NCBI RefSeq assembly: GCF_009914755.1
Contig: NC_060929.1
Direction: 5' to 3' (one strand)
Length of the DNA: 64,000 nucleotides
DNA from: the human T2T-CHM13v2.0 reference genome, Homo sapiens
The notes under the pieces are model-generated. The model ran no database searches. It was not told the DNA's origin and worked only from the letters and a program-made list of their open reading frames with translations. Both the position numbers and the translations under genes were made by a program. Positions 59,660-64,000 of the stretch are shown here, one piece after another (position 1 is the stretch's first letter; the number at the start of each line of letters is the position of its first letter).

Positions 59660-61430
59660 AGGGGATTATTTCCTTGGCACACTTCACAGGCCCTGACTAT
59701 CTGCTTGATAGTTTTGAAAAGGCCCGGTCCAGTAAATAATAATTTGGCCATCTGATGGGTGCTATCAATGTCTAAGTGAAAGGTTTGGTGAAGGGTTTTA
59801 AGTAATTTCCATTGCTTAGCTGCAGGCAAAAGTACTTTTCCTCCTTCGGTTGCTAGCCATCCTGAGGGTAGGAAACTATGTCCTCGTCAGGTTCTCCATT
59901 CTATTTCTCCTGCTGAGTACTGGGGCTTGGTTTCCTGGAGGGGGTTACCCCATACTAGGGGTCCTTCTATAAGCATTTCTAATGGAGGGTCTTGTCTTGC
60001 GGCTCTTTTGGCTTCAATATCTGCTTGGCAGTTCCCTTCTATTTCCCTTTCCTTTCCTTTCTGATGACCCCGGTAGTGTAAGACTGCCAACTCTTTAGGT
60101 TTCTGTACAGCCAATAATAATCTCCTAATGGCTTCCTGATGTTTGATAGGTGTTCCCTCGGAAGTTAGGAATTCCCTTTCTCTCCATATTGCTGCGTGGG
60201 CATGGAGGACTAGGTAAGCATACTTAGAGTCTGTATATATATTTACCCTTTTTCCTTCTCCTAATTCTAGTGCCCGAGTGAGGGCTATTAGTTCTGCCAG
60301 CTGAGCGCTAGTTCCTGGAGTGAGGGGATTACTTTCAAGTATTTCATTAACACTGACCACTGCATACCCCACTTTTCAAAGTCCTTTTTGTACAAAGGAA
60401 CTTCCATCAGTATACAAGTTGAGGTTGGGATCAGTCAAGGGAACCTCTAGAAGGTCTCCTCAAGCGGCGTAGGTTTGAGCGATTACTTGTTGACAGTTAT
60501 GTTCTATCTTTTCTTCATTGTCTGGAAGAAATGTGGCTGGGTTAAGAGTTGCACAAGTGCACAGTCGCAGCACTGGCCCTTCAAGTAATAGAGCCTGATA
60601 TTTAAGTAACCGGTTATCTGACAGCCACAAGTCTCCTTTAACAGTAAATATGCCATTCACATCATGAGATGTCCACACAGTAAGATCTCTTCCCTGTATT
60701 ATTTTAACTGCTTCAGATACTAAGACTGCTACTGCTGCCACTACCCATAAACAATGAGGCCAACCCTTTGCCACTACATCAATTTCCTTACTCAGGTATG
60801 CCACGGGTTGCAAGCTTATCCCTTGGACCTGTGTAAGCACTTCTAGAGCTATTCCTGTTTTTTCTGTGACATATAAAGACTAGGCCTTGGGCTTCTAGGT
60901 CTTTAACAATCTTTTGGAGTCCTTGTTTGGCCTCAGGTCTAAGGGGGTACTGCCTTTGGTAGGGAAAGGAGGCAGAATCTTTTAGTTTAACTTGAACAGG
61001 ACGGGCATTCTTTGCTTATCCATATTGTCCTTCTGTTGCCCAGACTTCAGAAGAATTAATTCCTCCTCAAGCAAGGGACAACAAACGGGTGTTCCTTCTC
61101 TTATGTTCAGGTGTATAATGGCCCCTGCTTTTGCTAGAATGTCTCTCCCTAACAAAGGAGTGGGGCTTTCAGACATAATTAGAAAAGCATGTGAGAAGAG
61201 TAAAGTTCCCCAGTCACAACTTAGTGGCTGGGAGAAGTATCTAGTGACTGGCTCTCCTAGGACACCTGGATAGTGACAGATCTGGAGGACAGTTGTCTGG
61301 GACAGAAGAGTAAGACTGAGAAGGCCGTGCCAGTGTCCAGGAGATGGTTAACCTCCTGGCACTCAATGTTCAAGCATACCCGGGGCTCTGTGAGGGTGAT
61401 GGCATGGGCTGGCGCTTGCCCCAGGCACCC
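59660..61430 (-). pseudogene. HERV-W pro-pol remnant: protease, RT N-terminus, connection/RNase H, integrase HHCC; RT core and IN core deleted
   Basis: LLDTGTAFSV at 61343-61314; YTDGSS and DSKYAY RNase H motifs; LHQTFH...CEVC. Confidence 0.88.
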
Positions 61431-62887
61431 TCAGTCCTGCTGCTGGATCATCTGGTTAGTAGCTTCTGACTCAGAGGACCTTCGTCCCCTGGGGCAGTGG
61501 GCCTTCCAGTGATTCCCTTGGCATAAGGGGCATGGACGAGGGGGCGGCTTATTTCTATTTGGACAATCTTTTTTAAAGTGTCCTTGTAGACTGCACTGGA
61601 AGCAAGCCCTATTAGGTATTTGATTTGCCCAGCTTTTCCATTTTCCAGAGCCTCCAAAGTCTACTTCTCTGAGTGCCATGACTAAAGCAGTGGACTTTTT
61701 TTAAATCCCGTTTGTCCCATTCCGCCTGCTCCTCCTGATCTCTATTATAAAAAACCGAGGTTGCCAAGTTCAATAGGGTTTCTAAGTTTTGCTCTGGGCC
61801 TAAGTCACACTTTTGAAGCTTTTTTCTAATGTCTGCAGCTGACTGAGTGATAAACTTATCCTTTAAGATTAGTTGGCCTTCAATAGAGTCAGGTGACAGA
61901 GAGGTATGCTTCCTCAATGCCTCCCTTAGTCTCTCCAGAAAGGCAGTAGGATTTTCTTCCTTTCCCTGTGTTATAGTGGACATCATTGAATAATTTACAG
62001 ACTTCTTCCTAGTTTTCCTTAGTCCTTCTAGCATGCAAGTTAGCAAATGTCTGCGGCACCAATCTCCATGTTCTGATTCTGTGTCCCAATGAGGGTCTAC
62101 ACTGGGAACTGCCTGCTGGCCTGTGAAGAATCGTTTTCTTTCCTCTGTTGTCATCCTATCATTGACCTGACTGAGATACCAGAGATCGCCAAACTCTCAA
62201 GCTGCAGTTACGGCGGCATTTCTCTCATTTGGGGTTAGTGTCTGATCTAGCAGTAACATTATATCTCCATGTCAGATCAAAGGATTGTCCTAACCCTTGT
62301 AAAATATCAGTATAGCCATCAGGGTTATCTGAGAATTTACCTGGATCTATTTTAATTTGCTTCAAGTCTGAGAGAGAAAAAGGTACATGCACTCTGGCTG
62401 GGCTGAATTCTCCTCCTCCCACCGCTTGGAGGGGGCATAATCGGGGAATATCGGCACTCTTTGGTTCATTGTTTACCCCTTTGTCTATCTCCTTTTGGAC
62501 CGTTTGGGTTGAAGGGGGGTCCTTATTAGTTGGGGAAGGAGTCAGGGGGATGCCGGAGAAGGGAGGTAGACTCTGAGGGCTTTCTGTAGGGCATAAATCA
62601 CACTTTTTACATAATTGCGAGTTGTCTCTTAATGAAAAGAAAGTTTGTACATACGGCACTTCACTCCATTTGCCTTCTTTTCTACAAAAGAGGTATAGCT
62701 GTAAGATGGTGTTATAATTTATTCTGTCAGGAGGCCAGGTTTCTCCCCCTTGAAGAGGATATCGTGGCCTAGCGGTACTGCAGAAGAATATAAGTAGTTT
62801 CTTTCTTAGCGTCTGAGGGTCATATTGGTCCCAATTCTCCAGAATACATCTTAGGGGTGTTTTTGCCTTTGGGGGAACACTTCCCAT
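61431..62887 (-). pseudogene. HERV-W gag, frameshifted
   Basis: MGSVPPKAKTPLRCILENWDQ... start, capsid segment 62154-61612, two CCHC knuckles (CFQCSLQGHFKKDC, CPLCQGNHWKAHC) before TGA at 61433-61431. Confidence 0.9.
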
Positions 62888-62897
62888 CGCTTTGGAG

Positions 62898-62915
62898 GTC
62901 CCATCTGGGTCACCA
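62898..62915 (-). other. Primer binding site TGGTGACCCAGATGGGAC
   Basis: 18-mer starting TGG, 2 nt downstream of the LTR-terminal CA. Confidence 0.85.
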
Positions 62916-63204
62916 AATGTTACCAGGGGGGTCCTTGCTCCCAGAGCTCCCAAGATGATGGCGGGCTGCTTCCAATATGGCGGTGGGCCACTTCCAAGAT
63001 GGTGGAAAGCCTTGTGCTCTCTGATCTGGAGTTCTTGGCCTCATGGATTCCAAGGAATGGCATCTTGGGCCATGCAGTGAGTGTTATAGCTCTATTAGAA
63101 ACCGTGGATCACAGAAGAGAACCATGGAACCCAGTGACTAGTGTTCAGCTCTATTAAGACAAACCCGGGCACTTCGCCATGCAGGAACAATGACAGGCCT
63201 TTAG

Positions 63205-63576
<372 letters not shown>

Positions 63577-64000
63577 TAAAATAACCTGGAGAATTTTAAA
63601 ACATTCTGATGTCTGGGCCCCAACCCTAGGAAATTTGAATAAATTGGTTTGGGGTGGAGCTTGAGAACAACAGTGTTTTAAAAGCTCTCCAACGTGATTC
63701 TAATGGACACCTGGACTTGAGAAACACAACACTAGAGTATCTTGAGGGCACACTTATTCACCACTGCTCATCAAGCATGTACTGTATAATACCCAGCTCA
63801 TGGCACATGAGAAATGGTATTGGGTTGAACAAAGCATAGTAAAAAACCAAAGATTTCCCTTTAAAGTGGGATCTGCAGTGTAGCTGCTGCAAGTCCTCCT
63901 TTTGTTTCTCCAAGCACCTTTTTTTTTTTCCTTTTTAAATTTTGTCCATATGTATGTGCACTTATTTAACTAGGTCCCATGGCAGTTAGCATACTAGTCA

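Noticed and set aside
62945-63005. Three short CCA(C/T)CATCTTGG-like repeats resembling a mini-array
   Set aside because: Normal tandem motif of the LTR17 U5 region; no unique spacers, not CRISPR-like.

Overview
Human-type (primate) genomic DNA, AT-rich and repeat-dense. The left half holds the 5' end of RANBP3L on the minus strand: coding exons 1-3 (31723-31633, 1616-1558, 295-256) splice in frame to MTTIPRKGSSHLPGSLHTCKLKLQEDRRQQEKSVIAQPIFVFEKGEQTFKRPAEDTLYEAAEP, with a 30-kb first intron and a CpG-poor promoter near 32-33 kb. From memory this places the window at 5p13.2. The right half is upstream intergenic DNA. It contains a nested transposon stack (old L1M > full-length L1MA > MER75 and a young twin-primed L1HS-type insert) and an L1-mobilised, spliced HERV-W retrocopy. 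I found no new gene system. The most unusual signal is a chain of locally templated DNA copying inside the L1MA: a ~500-bp inverted self-copy pasted into MER75 with a 15-bp duplication, carrying a private 23-bp motif that was itself copied from 1.1 kb away. The HERV-W copy also shows a probable cap-derived G, a splice junction and an Arg-type PBS. Repeat subfamily names come from recalled consensus sequences, not from a search. Boundaries of old repeats are approximate.
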